Of a DNA stretch of 64,000 bases, positions 10,025-21,870 are shown in pieces. A model generated the notes under the pieces. The model saw nothing but the letters and a program-made list of their open reading frames with translations. It had not been told where the DNA came from and searched no databases. Source of the DNA: Acidimicrobiia bacterium (GTDB taxonomy: Bacteria > Acidobacteriota > Vicinamibacteria > Vicinamibacterales > UBA2999); assembly GCA_038144855.1 (NCBI GenBank), contig JAYQOO010000001.1, positions 74,931 to 138,930 of the forward strand, in the 5' to 3' direction. Position 1 is the first letter of the stretch, and every line of letters starts with the position of its first letter. A program made the translations under genes and the position numbers.

Positions 10025-10709
10025 TCTTCGTGATCAGCGGCCGGCCCTCGCGGCCGCCACCGGAGACGCGCTCGATGGTCACCACCAGCGTCTTCTCTGA
10101 CGTTTGCCCTTCAGGCGACTTGAACTGCGCCTTCACGGTCACGTCCTTCTTGATCGTCTCGCCTTCAAACGTCTTCGGATCGAGCGCGGCCTGACCAGGC
10201 TGCGTCAGCGACGCTTCGGCAACGCTCGTCGCGCGCTTGATCGCGGCTCCGGCGCTGGCCGTGGCACGCGCGTGATTCGAGATGCCTTCGCGCCACTTGT
10301 CCCACTCAGCTTTCACCTTCTGCTGAGCGGCGTTGTACTTCGGCTCCGCCATCGCCTCGATCTTCAGCACTTCTTCGATCGCCTTGATGTTGGCATTCTG
10401 ATATTCGATCTTCGTCTTCAGGAACGCCGTCTCCTCGTCCTTGGCCTTCTGCTCGGCCTCGAACAGCGGCTTGAAGGTCAGCGGCGTGCGGGTTTCTTCG
10501 CTGATGCCCTCGATCGAGAAGTCTTCGACCGAACCCTGCGTTCGCGGATCGAGTTCCACGGCCGACATGCGTCCGACCGTGGTGTTGTCGCGGCCGCGTG
10601 ACGCGCGGAAATACTGCGTCAGGAATTGCTGTTCGGGCGGACGCGAACAGCCGATCACGAAGACCATCGACGGAACGATCAACAGGGCCGCAGCAATCAG
10701 TTTCTTCAC
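10011..10709 (-). CDS. Hypothetical lipoprotein
   Basis: Signal peptide with lipobox (MKKLIAAALL...VIGC); overlaps the gyrA stop by 4 nt. Confidence 0.75.
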   Translation of the reverse strand: MKKLIAAALLIVPSMVFVIGCSRPPEQQFLTQYFRASRGRDNTTVGRMSAVELDPRTQGSVEDFSIEGISEETRTPLTFKPLFEAEQKAKDEETAFLKTKIEYQNANIKAIEEVLKIEAMAEPKYNAAQQKVKAEWDKWREGISNHARATASAGAAIKRATSVAEASLTQPGQAALDPKTFEGETIKKDVTVKAQFKSPEGQTSEKTLVVTIERVSGGGREGRPLITKISGL

Positions 10710-13228
10710 TGGTTTTCTCTCTCAGTTGGAGGCGCTTCAGTCACGGGGGCTTCGGCGGCCGGCGGAGCTTCCTCAACTGCAGCTTCCACGAGCGCCACCG
10801 ACACGATCTTGTCCTCGCCATCGAGGTCCATCAACCGGACGCCCTGAGTAGCGCGGCCGACGGTGCGGATCTCGTTGGCGGGCGTGCGCAGGATTTTGCC
10901 CTGCTCCGTCATCACCAGCAACTCTTCGTTGGCGTGAATCTGGGCAATGGCGACGACCTGGCCGTTCTTCTCGGTCACTTCGACGTTCTTGACGCCGAGG
11001 CCGCCGCGGCCGGTCACGCGATACTCGTCGAGCAGCGTGTTCTTGGCGTAACCCTTCTCGGTCACGGTCAACAACATGCCGCCGGGCTTGGCCACCTGCA
11101 TCGCCACGACTTCGTCGTTCTCGCGCAACTGGATGCCGCGCACGCCATAGGCGGTGCGGCCCATCGAGCGGACGTCTTCTTCGCCGAAACGGATCGCTTT
11201 GCCGTCGCGGGTGCCGATCAGGATCTCGCTCTGGCCGTCGGAGAGTTGGACGTCGATGACCGCGTCGCCCTCCTCGATGCCCATGGCGATGATGCCGCCG
11301 GCGCGTGGATTCGAGAACGCGGAGAGCTCGGTCTTCTTGATCGTGCCGCGACGGGTGCCCATGACGATGAAGCGCTGGTCGTCGAACTCCTGCACCGCCA
11401 GCATGGCCGCCAGCTTCTCGCCGGACTCCATCTGCACGAGGTTGGCGATCGACTTGCCCTTGCCGTCGGCGCCGACGTCGGGAATCTCGTGCACCTTCAG
11501 CCAGTACGCACGGCCGCGATCCGAGAAGATCATCATGTACGAGTGCGTCGACGCCACGAACAGGTGGTTGACGACGTCCTCCTCTCGCGTGCGCATGCCG
11601 ATGCGGCCCTTGCCGCCGCGGTTCTGCGTGCGATACGTGGTGATCGGCGTGCGCTTGATGTAGCCGGTGTCGGTGACCGTCACCGCGACGTCTTCCTCGG
11701 TGATCAGGTCCTCGATGCTGAAGTCGCCTTCCTCGTCGATCAACTGCGTGCGACGCGGATCGGCAAATTTCTCCTTAATGTTCTTCAGCTCGTCGACGAT
11801 GATCTGCAGCAGCTTCTTCTGGTCGGCGAGGATCCCGCGAAGGTGCGTGATTAACGCGGTCAGCTCCGCCAGCTCGTCGAGGATCTTCTGCCGTTCCAGG
11901 CCGGTGAGGCGCTGGAGCTGCATGTCGAGAATCGCCTGCGCCTGGATGTCGCTGAGGCCGAAGTTGCCCGTCAGCCCGGCCTTGGCTTCCGGCGGGGTCT
12001 TCGATGCACGAATCAACTTGATGACGGCGTCGAGGTTATCGAGCGCGATCCGCAGACCTTCGAGAATGTGCGCGCGCGCCTCGGCCTTCCGCAGTTCGAA
12101 CTCGATGCGCCGGCGCACAACGTCGCGCCGGAAGTCGACGAAGTTCTCGATGACCTCGAGCAGGCTCAGCACCTTCGGACGGCCGCCGACGATCGCCAGC
12201 GTGATGATGCCGAACGACTGCTGCAGCTGGGTGTGCTTGTAGAGGTTGTTGAGGATGACCTCCGCCACCTCACCGCGCTTCAGCTCGATGACGATCCGCA
12301 TGCCCGAACGATCGGACTCGTCGCGGAGATCGGAAATCCCTTCGATCGTCTTCTCGCGCACCAGTTCGGCAATTCGCTCGAGCAGGCGCGCCTTGTTCAC
12401 CTGGTAGGGGATCTCGGTGACGATGATCTGTTCGCGGTCGCCCTTGCGCGTGGTTTCGACTTCGGCCTTGGCGCGGACCTGGATCGAGCCGCGGCCGCTG
12501 ACATAGGCCTCGTGAATGCCGCGTCGGCCGACGATCATCCCGCCAGTCGGGAAATCCGGACCGGGCACGAGACGAATCAATTCCTTGAGCTTGGCTTCGC
12601 GGCTCAACCCGCCGCCGTCGCCCATCAGCGTCGTCTCGATGAACCAGATCACGCCGTCCACGACCTCGCAGAGGTTGTGGGGCGGGATATTCGTGGCCAT
12701 GCCGACCGCAATGCCGGTCGATCCGTTGACCAACAGGTTGGGGTATGGCGCCGGCAGCACCGTGGGCTCGGTGGTGGTCTCGTCGAAGTTCGGCTGGAAG
12801 TCGACAGTGTCCTTGTCGAGATCCGCCATGAGGCTCTCGGCAAGCGCCTCGAGCCTGGCTTCCGTGTATCGATACGCAGCCGGTGGATCGCCGTCGACCG
12901 AGCCGAAGTTACCCTGGCCGTCGACCAGGGTCTGGCGCATGTTGAAGTCCTGCGCGAGACGGACGAGCGTGTCGTAGGCGGGCGCGTCGCCGTGCGGGTG
13001 GTAGTTACCGATGACTTCGCCGACGATCTTCGCGCACTTGCGATACGCGCGATTCGACGCGAGACCCATCTGGCGCATCGCATACAGCACGCGTCGATGC
13101 GCAGGCTTCAAGCCGTCGCGGACGTCTGGCAGCGCACGACCAATGATCACGCTCATCGCGTAATCGAGGTACGAGCGCTTCATCTCGTCTTCGATATTTA
13201 CCGGCGTACGATTTACGTTTACATCCAT
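10706..13228 (-). CDS. gyrA: DNA gyrase subunit A
   Basis: SYLDYAMSVI..RALPDVRDGLKP, catalytic AAYRYTE, GyrA-box QNRGGKG, acidic tail. Confidence 0.98.
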   Translation of the reverse strand: MDVNVNRTPVNIEDEMKRSYLDYAMSVIIGRALPDVRDGLKPAHRRVLYAMRQMGLASNRAYRKCAKIVGEVIGNYHPHGDAPAYDTLVRLAQDFNMRQTLVDGQGNFGSVDGDPPAAYRYTEARLEALAESLMADLDKDTVDFQPNFDETTTEPTVLPAPYPNLLVNGSTGIAVGMATNIPPHNLCEVVDGVIWFIETTLMGDGGGLSREAKLKELIRLVPGPDFPTGGMIVGRRGIHEAYVSGRGSIQVRAKAEVETTRKGDREQIIVTEIPYQVNKARLLERIAELVREKTIEGISDLRDESDRSGMRIVIELKRGEVAEVILNNLYKHTQLQQSFGIITLAIVGGRPKVLSLLEVIENFVDFRRDVVRRRIEFELRKAEARAHILEGLRIALDNLDAVIKLIRASKTPPEAKAGLTGNFGLSDIQAQAILDMQLQRLTGLERQKILDELAELTALITHLRGILADQKKLLQIIVDELKNIKEKFADPRRTQLIDEEGDFSIEDLITEEDVAVTVTDTGYIKRTPITTYRTQNRGGKGRIGMRTREEDVVNHLFVASTHSYMMIFSDRGRAYWLKVHEIPDVGADGKGKSIANLVQMESGEKLAAMLAVQEFDDQRFIVMGTRRGTIKKTELSAFSNPRAGGIIAMGIEEGDAVIDVQLSDGQSEILIGTRDGKAIRFGEEDVRSMGRTAYGVRGIQLRENDEVVAMQVAKPGGMLLTVTEKGYAKNTLLDEYRVTGRGGLGVKNVEVTEKNGQVVAIAQIHANEELLVMTEQGKILRTPANEIRTVGRATQGVRLMDLDGEDKIVSVALVEAAVEEAPPAAEAPVTEAPPTERENQ

Positions 13229-13313
13229 TCAGTCGCCAGTAGCCGGTAGCCAGCAGCCAGACCGGAAAGACACATGCCTTTCTGGATACCGGCTACTGGA
13301 TACTGGCTACTCA
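13229..13313. repeat. Heptamer-arm hairpin element, copy between gyrB and gyrA
   Basis: CAGTAGCCGGTAGCCAGCAGCCAG...GGAAAGACACATGCCTTTCTGG-ATACCGGCTACTGGATACTGGCTACT; fills the whole intergenic gap. Confidence 0.85.
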
Positions 13314-15848
<2,535 letters not shown>

Positions 15849-15872
15849 TCAGTGCTTTCCGTGTAATTGCGT

Positions 15873-16982
15873 TCACACGCGCATCGGCATGATCACGTAG
15901 GTGTAGTCGTATCCGTCCGCACCCACGGGTTTCATCACCGCCTGGCTGACTTCATCCTTCAACTCGAGCGCCACGACTTCCGATTCCACGACGTTCAGGA
16001 AATCGAGCACATACTGCGCGTTGAAGCAGATCGTCAGGGACGGACCGCTGTATTCCACAGGGATGGGTTCGTGCGCTTCGCCAAATTCGGGACTGCTCGA
16101 CGTGACTTCGACCTTGCCCTTCTCGACGATCATCTTGACGGCGCGCGAGCGCTCGTTCGAGAGAATGGCGACGCGCTTGACCGCCTGTGTCAGCCGATCG
16201 CGCTCAAACTCCACGGTCTTGTCGTTCCCCTTCGGAATCACGCGATCGTAGGCCGGGAACTGTCCGTCGATCATGCGCGAGATCAGCAGCCGCGGGCCAA
16301 TCTCGAAGAAGAGATGGTTCTCGCCGCGCTCATACTTCACGTCGGTATCCGCTTCGGCAAGCTGCCGCGAAAGCTCCGACAGCGTCTTGCGCGGCAGGAT
16401 CGCCTTGATGTCGTCGCCTTTCTTGCCGTCGTGCTTGCTGGTCACCAGGGCGAGACGATGGCCATCCGTGGCAACGAGCGTCATGTCGTCTGGCTTCAGG
16501 ATGAACTGCGCGCCGTTGAGATAGAAGCGCGTGTCTTCGCCGGTGATCGCAAACTGCGTCTTGGCCACCATCTGCAGCAACGACTTGCCGTTGATGGTGG
16601 CCTTCACGCCACCGCCGGCCTCGGGCAGGCTCGGGAAGTCTTCGCGCGGCAGAGTCGGCATCTTCGAGCTGAACTGACCGCCGGAGACCTTGACGCTCGT
16701 CCCGTTCTTGTCGGTCTCGATGTTGACGTCGCCGTCCGGCAGCGCCCTGACCACTTCGTAGAGCTTCTTGGCGGGGAGGGTGACCGAGCCAGGCTTGTTC
16801 ACCGCAGCCTCGCAGCGGCTCCGTAGAGCGACTTCAAGGTCTGTGGCGAGCAACGTGCACTCGTTGCCGGTCCCTTCCAGCAGGACGTTTGCCAGGATAG
16901 GAATCGTGTTCTTGCGCTCTACGATCTGCTGGAAAAATTGCAGTTCCCGCACAAGATCGGCTTTCCTGGCGACCAGTTCCAT
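15873..16982 (-). CDS. dnaN: DNA polymerase III beta sliding clamp
   Basis: ATDLE, VATDGHRLA, SRMIDGQFP, FNAQY, C-terminal VIMPMRV. Confidence 0.97.
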   Translation of the reverse strand: MELVARKADLVRELQFFQQIVERKNTIPILANVLLEGTGNECTLLATDLEVALRSRCEAAVNKPGSVTLPAKKLYEVVRALPDGDVNIETDKNGTSVKVSGGQFSSKMPTLPREDFPSLPEAGGGVKATINGKSLLQMVAKTQFAITGEDTRFYLNGAQFILKPDDMTLVATDGHRLALVTSKHDGKKGDDIKAILPRKTLSELSRQLAEADTDVKYERGENHLFFEIGPRLLISRMIDGQFPAYDRVIPKGNDKTVEFERDRLTQAVKRVAILSNERSRAVKMIVEKGKVEVTSSSPEFGEAHEPIPVEYSGPSLTICFNAQYVLDFLNVVESEVVALELKDEVSQAVMKPVGADGYDYTYVIMPMRV

Positions 16983-17207
16983 AGGGCCTGCTTAACCTCT
17001 GAGAATTGAGTAAGAAGCGAAGATATAAAAGTATACAAGATATAGGTCTTGTTTACGAAATTTCCAACGCCGATAAAGTCTTTAATTTCAGTTATTTAAC
17101 CTGTGTATTTTTCTGTGTGTGGAATACGTGAAGATGCCCCGACACCACAGGGGTCTTTCGCCCCATCCTCAGCCTCCGCAATCCATGCACATTGAGGCTG
17201 TGGAAAA
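16983..17207. other. Probable oriC (dnaA-dnaN intergenic region)
   Basis: AT-rich stretch 17000-17112; DnaA-box-like TGTGGAATA 17118-17126 and TGTGGAAAA 17199-17207; canonical position. Confidence 0.65.
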
Positions 17208-17289
17208 GTATCCGGATAGCCTGTAGCCTGTAGCCAGTAGCCAGAAATGCTCATTTCTTCCAGCTACTCGCATCTGGCTACTGGCTACT
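17208..17289. repeat. Heptamer-arm hairpin element overlapping the dnaA stop
   Basis: GATAGCC TGTAGCC TGTAGCC AGTAGCC-AGAAATGCTCATTTCT-...TGGCTACTGGCTACT. Confidence 0.8.
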
Positions 17290-18667
17290 TGATGGAATCG
17301 AGCAAATTCGAAATCTGCTTGTCGAATTCGCTGCTCTTCGTGCGAAGTTCTTCGACCTTCTTGATCGAGTGAATAACGGTCGAGTGATGCTTGCCGCCAA
17401 ACGCACGACCAATTTCAGGCAGCGACGCGTGCGTGAGTGACTTACTGAGATACATCGCGACCTGGCGCGGCATGGCCACCGACTTGGCGTTGTTGCGCGA
17501 GCGCAGATCCGCGGGCTTCAGGCGGTAGTAGTCAGCCACCTTCTTCTGGATCTGTTCGATCGTGATCGCCTTTTCATCGTGATCGATCACGTTGCGCAGC
17601 ACTTCCTGCGCCAGTTCGATCGTCAGCGGCTTCGTGGTGAGCGACGAATACGCAATCAGGCGAATTAACGACCCTTCGAGTTCGCGGATGTTGGTCTTCA
17701 CCCGGCTGGCGAGGTACATCGCCAGGTTGTCGGGTAGTGGCACGCCTTCATCTTCGGCCTTGCGCTTCAGAATGGCGGCTTTGGTCTCGACATCAGGCGG
17801 CTGAATATCGGCGATCAATCCCCACTCAAAACGGGAGCGCAAGCGTTCTTCGAGAGCCGGAATTTCATGGGGCGGACGGTCACTGCTGATGACGATCTGC
17901 TTCTGTGCGTCGTGCAGCGCGTTGAACGTGTGGAAGAACTCGTTCTGGGTACCTTCGCGCCCCGAGACGAACTGGATGTCGTCGACCAGCAGCACATCCA
18001 CGCTGCGATAGCGGGAGCGGAAATCCAGGATGCGATCAAAACGCACGGCGTTGATCATCTCGTTCATGAAGCGCTCGGAAGAGATGTAGAGCAGCTTCAA
18101 TGACGGGTGATGCCGCATCACGTAGTGACCAATGGCATGCATCAAGTGCGTCTTGCCAAGACCGACGCCGCCATGAATAAACAGCGGGTTGTACGAACGC
18201 GACGGCGTTTCCGCGACGGCACGGCACGCGGCGTGCGCAAACTGGTTCGATGGTCCGACGATGAACGTGTCGAAGGTGTAGCGGGGGATCAGGCTGCCGC
18301 GCGGCGCGGTGTCGTCTTGTGCGGCGTCAGGCGCCGCGGTCTCCGTCGTGATCTCGGCGACCGACAGTTCGGGGCTCGAGGACCTGCCACTTGCGGCAAC
18401 ACGGCCCTCCTCGCGGGCGCCAGGGGTATCCGGCACGAAGACCAGCTTCACATCGGGCCGGCCCACATCGCGCAGCGCCTCGGCCATTACGACCGAATAG
18501 TGTTTGGGAAGCCACTCGACAAAGAGCGGGTTTGGCACCCGGATGGAGAGGCTCTGGCCGCCATCTGTCAGCAGGGAGGTCGGCTTGAACCACGTCGAAA
18601 AGCTGTGCTTTCCGACCTGATCCTCGATTCGGCTCAAGACCTGATCCCAGACGGTCGTGCTCTGCAT
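17285..18667 (-). CDS. dnaA: Chromosomal replication initiator
   Basis: YTFDTFIVGPSNQFA, GGVGLGKTHL, LLVDDIQF, RLRSRFEWGL, GGKHHSTVIH. Start taken at MQSTTVWDQVL. Confidence 0.97.
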   Translation of the reverse strand: MQSTTVWDQVLSRIEDQVGKHSFSTWFKPTSLLTDGGQSLSIRVPNPLFVEWLPKHYSVVMAEALRDVGRPDVKLVFVPDTPGAREEGRVAASGRSSSPELSVAEITTETAAPDAAQDDTAPRGSLIPRYTFDTFIVGPSNQFAHAACRAVAETPSRSYNPLFIHGGVGLGKTHLMHAIGHYVMRHHPSLKLLYISSERFMNEMINAVRFDRILDFRSRYRSVDVLLVDDIQFVSGREGTQNEFFHTFNALHDAQKQIVISSDRPPHEIPALEERLRSRFEWGLIADIQPPDVETKAAILKRKAEDEGVPLPDNLAMYLASRVKTNIRELEGSLIRLIAYSSLTTKPLTIELAQEVLRNVIDHDEKAITIEQIQKKVADYYRLKPADLRSRNNAKSVAMPRQVAMYLSKSLTHASLPEIGRAFGGKHHSTVIHSIKKVEELRTKSSEFDKQISNLLDSIK

Positions 18668-18717
18668 CACCTTTAAGCTTATGAAATAAAAGGACTTAAA
18701 GCTTAATAATCGCTGGC

Positions 18718-18748
18718 TTTTCCACACAGTTTCCACAGGTGTGGAAAA
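18718..18748. promoter_or_regulatory. Cluster of three DnaA boxes upstream of dnaA
   Basis: TTTTCCACA 18718-18726, GTTTCCACA 18729-18737, TGTGGAAAA 18740-18748. Confidence 0.75.
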
Positions 18749-18796
18749 CTCGCCTGGATCCGGAAGCCCGAATTTCAAGGAACCAAGGGAGGTGTC

Positions 18797-18847
18797 ACTT
18801 TAGCACGCCGGTTCGACCTATCCTGCTCGACCATCCCGGTCTATAAT
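18797..18847. promoter_or_regulatory. Divergent promoters for dnaA (extended -10 TGCTAAAGT, minus strand 18805-18797) and rpmH (-10 TATAAT 18842-18847)
   Basis: Motif matches only. Confidence 0.5.
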
Positions 18848-18870
18848 CGAAAGTTCGACCGAGGAGAAAA

Positions 18871-19035
18871 ATGGCCAGATCTAAGAAGGGCAAGCGCACG
18901 TTTCAACCTAACACCAGCCGTCGCGCCAAGCGGCACGGCTTCCTGGTTCGCATGGCGACCAAGGATGGCCGGCAGGTGTTGAAGCGCCGCCGCGCCAAAG
19001 GCAGAAAGCGTCTTACCGTCTCTGACGAGAAGTAA
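18871..19035 (+). CDS. rpmH: 50S ribosomal protein L34 (54 aa)
   Basis: [54 protein letters not shown] with a GAGGAG SD; below the ORF-track length cutoff. Confidence 0.97.
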   Translation: MARSKKGKRTFQPNTSRRAKRHGFLVRMATKDGRQVLKRRRAKGRKRLTVSDEK

Positions 19036-19043
19036 ACACGCGC

Positions 19044-19394
19044 GTGTCAGGTTTCAGGCCCGCTGAGCACGTCCGGAAGCGGGCCGACTTCGAGCTCATC
19101 TACAAGACAGGTTTCAAGCGCTCCGGGCGCCTCATGACAATGTTCACGAGGGAACGCGACACGGGCCCGGCCCGTCTCGGGATAGCAGCGACGCGAAAGA
19201 TGGGCGCCGCTGTCGAGCGCAATCGTGCGAAGAGACTTGTCCGGGAGTTGTTCCGGCACCACAAGCCTGTCACCGCCGTGGATGTCGTCGTCGTGCCGAG
19301 GAGGGAGATCCTCGCGGCGCCGTTCGATCGCATCGAAGCCGAGTTTCGATCGCTGCTGACCAAACGCGGCGTGACCAAGACCGCACATGCTTAG
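19044..19394 (+). CDS. rnpA: RNase P protein component
   Basis: RLGIAATRKMGAAVERNRAKRLVRE (RNR motif); position after rpmH. Confidence 0.93.
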   Translation: MSGFRPAEHVRKRADFELIYKTGFKRSGRLMTMFTRERDTGPARLGIAATRKMGAAVERNRAKRLVRELFRHHKPVTAVDVVVVPRREILAAPFDRIEAEFRSLLTKRGVTKTAHA

Positions 19395-19608
19395 CCGAGC
19401 GGCTCTCGCGTTGATTCGCGTCTACAAGCTGACGCTGTCGCCGTGCTTTGCGGGCAGTTGCCGCTACACGCCCGGCTGCGCGGATTACATGAGCGAATCG
19501 ATCGCGCGCCATGGACTACTGCGTGGCGGATGGCTGGGCACCAGGCGCCTGTGCCGGTGCCACCCGTTCGGCGGGCACGGCTACGACCCGGTCCCAACCA
19601 AAAACTAA
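19387..19608 (+). CDS. yidD: Membrane protein insertion efficiency factor
   Basis: CRYTPGCADY...RLCRCHPFGGHGYDPVP. Confidence 0.93.
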   Translation: MLSRAALALIRVYKLTLSPCFAGSCRYTPGCADYMSESIARHGLLRGGWLGTRRLCRCHPFGGHGYDPVPTKN

Positions 19609-19634
19609 CCCCACGAGTTCACAAGAATCACCAG

Positions 19635-21347
19635 ATGGAACGCCGCGTCCTCATCGCAATCACCCTCTCGTTCTTAGTGCTGTTCTTGTTTCAGCGCTTC
19701 GTGATGCCGCCGCCGGCCGAGCTGCCTGGCAATACCAGCGCGCCGATTGCGCCGATTGCGCAGAGCGCTCCGGCACCGGGCGCCACCGCGGCGTCACCCG
19801 CCACTTCCGCGTCTTCCGCCTCTCCCTCTTCACCCGAGGCGCCGCCGGCCCCAGCGTCATTGGTGAGCGAGACGTCTGCGCGTGAGGTCGTCGTCGAGAC
19901 GGCGAAGGTCAAGGCGGTCTTCTCGAACCGTGGCGCGACGGTCGTGCACTGGATCCTCAAGGACTATCGCGACGACCGCGGCCAGCCGCTGGACCTGGTG
20001 CCCTCGAGCGCCGGCGCGGATGCGGTCAAGCCTTTCACGCTGGCGGTTGACGATCCAGCCATCAGCGCCCGTCTGAAGGACGCGACCTATCGCGTCACCG
20101 TGGATGGAACTCCAGCCGGGGAGATGGTCGACGCGACGGCCTCGCCGAAGAGCATCGTCTTCGAGGCGGTGTCGGCGGATGGGCTCAACGTCAAGAAGAC
20201 GTTCTCGGTCGAGCCAACCAGCTACATCGTGAGTTTCAGCCCCGTCGTGATGATGGGCTCACAGCGGCTGAACCCGATCATTCACTGGGGACCCGGGCTC
20301 GGTGACGACATCGCCCGTTCGCCGCCCGCGTCGTTCTTCTCGCCCAGCTACAACACGCCCGCGCAGGCGATCGTGCACAAAGACGGCTCGGTTGAGCGCA
20401 TCGCCGCAGCAACCTCGGGCTCGCAGGACGGCGTCTTCCGCTACGCCGGCGTGGACGATCACTACTTTGTGTCGATGCTGCTCAACGAGCAGAACTCACA
20501 GCAGTTCCGCGTCGAGTACACGCCGACGATCGTGCCGCAGACCGACGTTCCGGATCTGATGGGCAAGTACGTCAGTTATTCCATCCGCTTCAACCAGCCG
20601 TTTGACCAGGCGCGCTTCTTCTTCGGACCGAAGGCCTTCGACGACCTGAAGAACATCGACGCCGAAGCGACGCGCGTCATCAACTTCGGCATCTTCTCGT
20701 GGCTGGCCGTGCCGCTGCTCGGCGCGCTGAAATGGGTGCACGGTTACATCGGCAACTGGGGCTGGGCGATCATCGTCCTGACCTTCTTCATCAATGCCGC
20801 GATGTTCCCGCTGCGCCACAAGAGCGTGGTCTCGATGCGCAAGATGCAGGAGATCCAGCCGCAGATGAAGGCGATCCAGGATCGCTACGCGAAGTACAAG
20901 ATCACCGATCCCGAACGCCAGAAGATGAACACGGAAGTGATGGAGCTGTACAAGGCCAAGGGTGTCAACCCGGCCAGCGGCTGCATCCCGACCCTGCTGA
21001 CCTTCCCGTTCCTGTTTGGCTTCTACAACATGCTGTCGCAGTCGATCGAGATTCGCGGCGCTGACTTTGCTCTTTGGATCCACAACCTGTCGGGACCGGA
21101 TCCGTACTACGTGCTGCCGCTCGTGTTCGGCGCGATCCAGGTTTACCAGATGAAGATCACACCCATGCAGGGCGACCCGGCCCAGCAGAAGGTGATGATG
21201 TTCATGCCGGTCATGTTCACCCTGATGTCGCTTTCGTTCCCAAGCGGCTTGGTGCTCTACTGGCTGGTCAGCACGGTGCTGACGATTCTGCAGCAGCAGT
21301 TGACGACGCGTATTACTGGCGCGCCGGTAAAAACTGCAGCAAAATAA
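19635..21347 (+). CDS. yidC: Membrane protein insertase
   Basis: MERRVLIAI start; GNWGWAIIVLT, PLRHKS..SMRKMQ..QP, NPASGCIP.L. Confidence 0.95.
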   Translation: MERRVLIAITLSFLVLFLFQRFVMPPPAELPGNTSAPIAPIAQSAPAPGATAASPATSASSASPSSPEAPPAPASLVSETSAREVVVETAKVKAVFSNRGATVVHWILKDYRDDRGQPLDLVPSSAGADAVKPFTLAVDDPAISARLKDATYRVTVDGTPAGEMVDATASPKSIVFEAVSADGLNVKKTFSVEPTSYIVSFSPVVMMGSQRLNPIIHWGPGLGDDIARSPPASFFSPSYNTPAQAIVHKDGSVERIAAATSGSQDGVFRYAGVDDHYFVSMLLNEQNSQQFRVEYTPTIVPQTDVPDLMGKYVSYSIRFNQPFDQARFFFGPKAFDDLKNIDAEATRVINFGIFSWLAVPLLGALKWVHGYIGNWGWAIIVLTFFINAAMFPLRHKSVVSMRKMQEIQPQMKAIQDRYAKYKITDPERQKMNTEVMELYKAKGVNPASGCIPTLLTFPFLFGFYNMLSQSIEIRGADFALWIHNLSGPDPYYVLPLVFGAIQVYQMKITPMQGDPAQQKVMMFMPVMFTLMSLSFPSGLVLYWLVSTVLTILQQQLTTRITGAPVKTAAK

Positions 21348-21355
21348 CGACTCCC

Positions 21356-21799
21356 ATGGCTACAGCAGACATCACCACCTTCGTCCAGAAAATCGTCGAC
21401 GCGATGGACCTCGATCTCGAGGCCAGCGCCGAGGAGATGCCCGATGGCCTCCGCATCAACCTGACTGGCGAGGATGGCAACGTCCTGATCCGCCGCCAGG
21501 GCGAGGCCCTCGCCGCGCTCCAGCACATTGTCGCGGCCGCCTACCGCAGCGAGTCGACCGAAGGCCGCCGCCTCGTTGTTGATTGCATGGGCTATCGCAA
21601 GGGCAAGGACGACGAGCTGCGCCAGATGGCGCTGTTTCTCGGCGGCAAGGCCAAGGACACCGGCCTCGCTCAGGAAATCGGTCCGCTGAACCCGTACGAG
21701 CGCCGCATCGTGCACCTGGCAATCGCCGAGATCGAATCGGTGACGTCGGAGAGCATCGGCGACGCGTTCGAGAAGACGGTCATTATTTCCGTGAAATAG
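21356..21799 (+). CDS. jag: Jag/KhpB-like RNA-binding protein (KH + R3H, no Jag_N domain)
   Basis: LIRRQGEALAALQH and PLNPYERRIVHLAI (R3H); conserved position after yidC. Confidence 0.85.
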   Translation: MATADITTFVQKIVDAMDLDLEASAEEMPDGLRINLTGEDGNVLIRRQGEALAALQHIVAAAYRSESTEGRRLVVDCMGYRKGKDDELRQMALFLGGKAKDTGLAQEIGPLNPYERRIVHLAIAEIESVTSESIGDAFEKTVIISVK

Positions 21800-21870
21800 C
21801 GAGTAGCCAGTAGCCGGTAGCCAGAGAAAACCGTCTTTCTGGATACTGGCTACTGGATACTGGCTACCTG
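21797..21870. repeat. Heptamer-arm hairpin element between jag and mnmE
   Basis: AGTAGCCAGTAGCCGGTAGCCAGAGAAAACCGTCTTTCTGGATACTGGCTACTGGATACTGGCTAC, then CTG ATG. Confidence 0.85.

Noticed and set aside
18668-18778. 37-aa N-terminal extension of DnaA in the ORF track
   Set aside because: It runs through the DnaA-box cluster and AT-rich leader; DnaA-like sequence starts at MQSTTVW.
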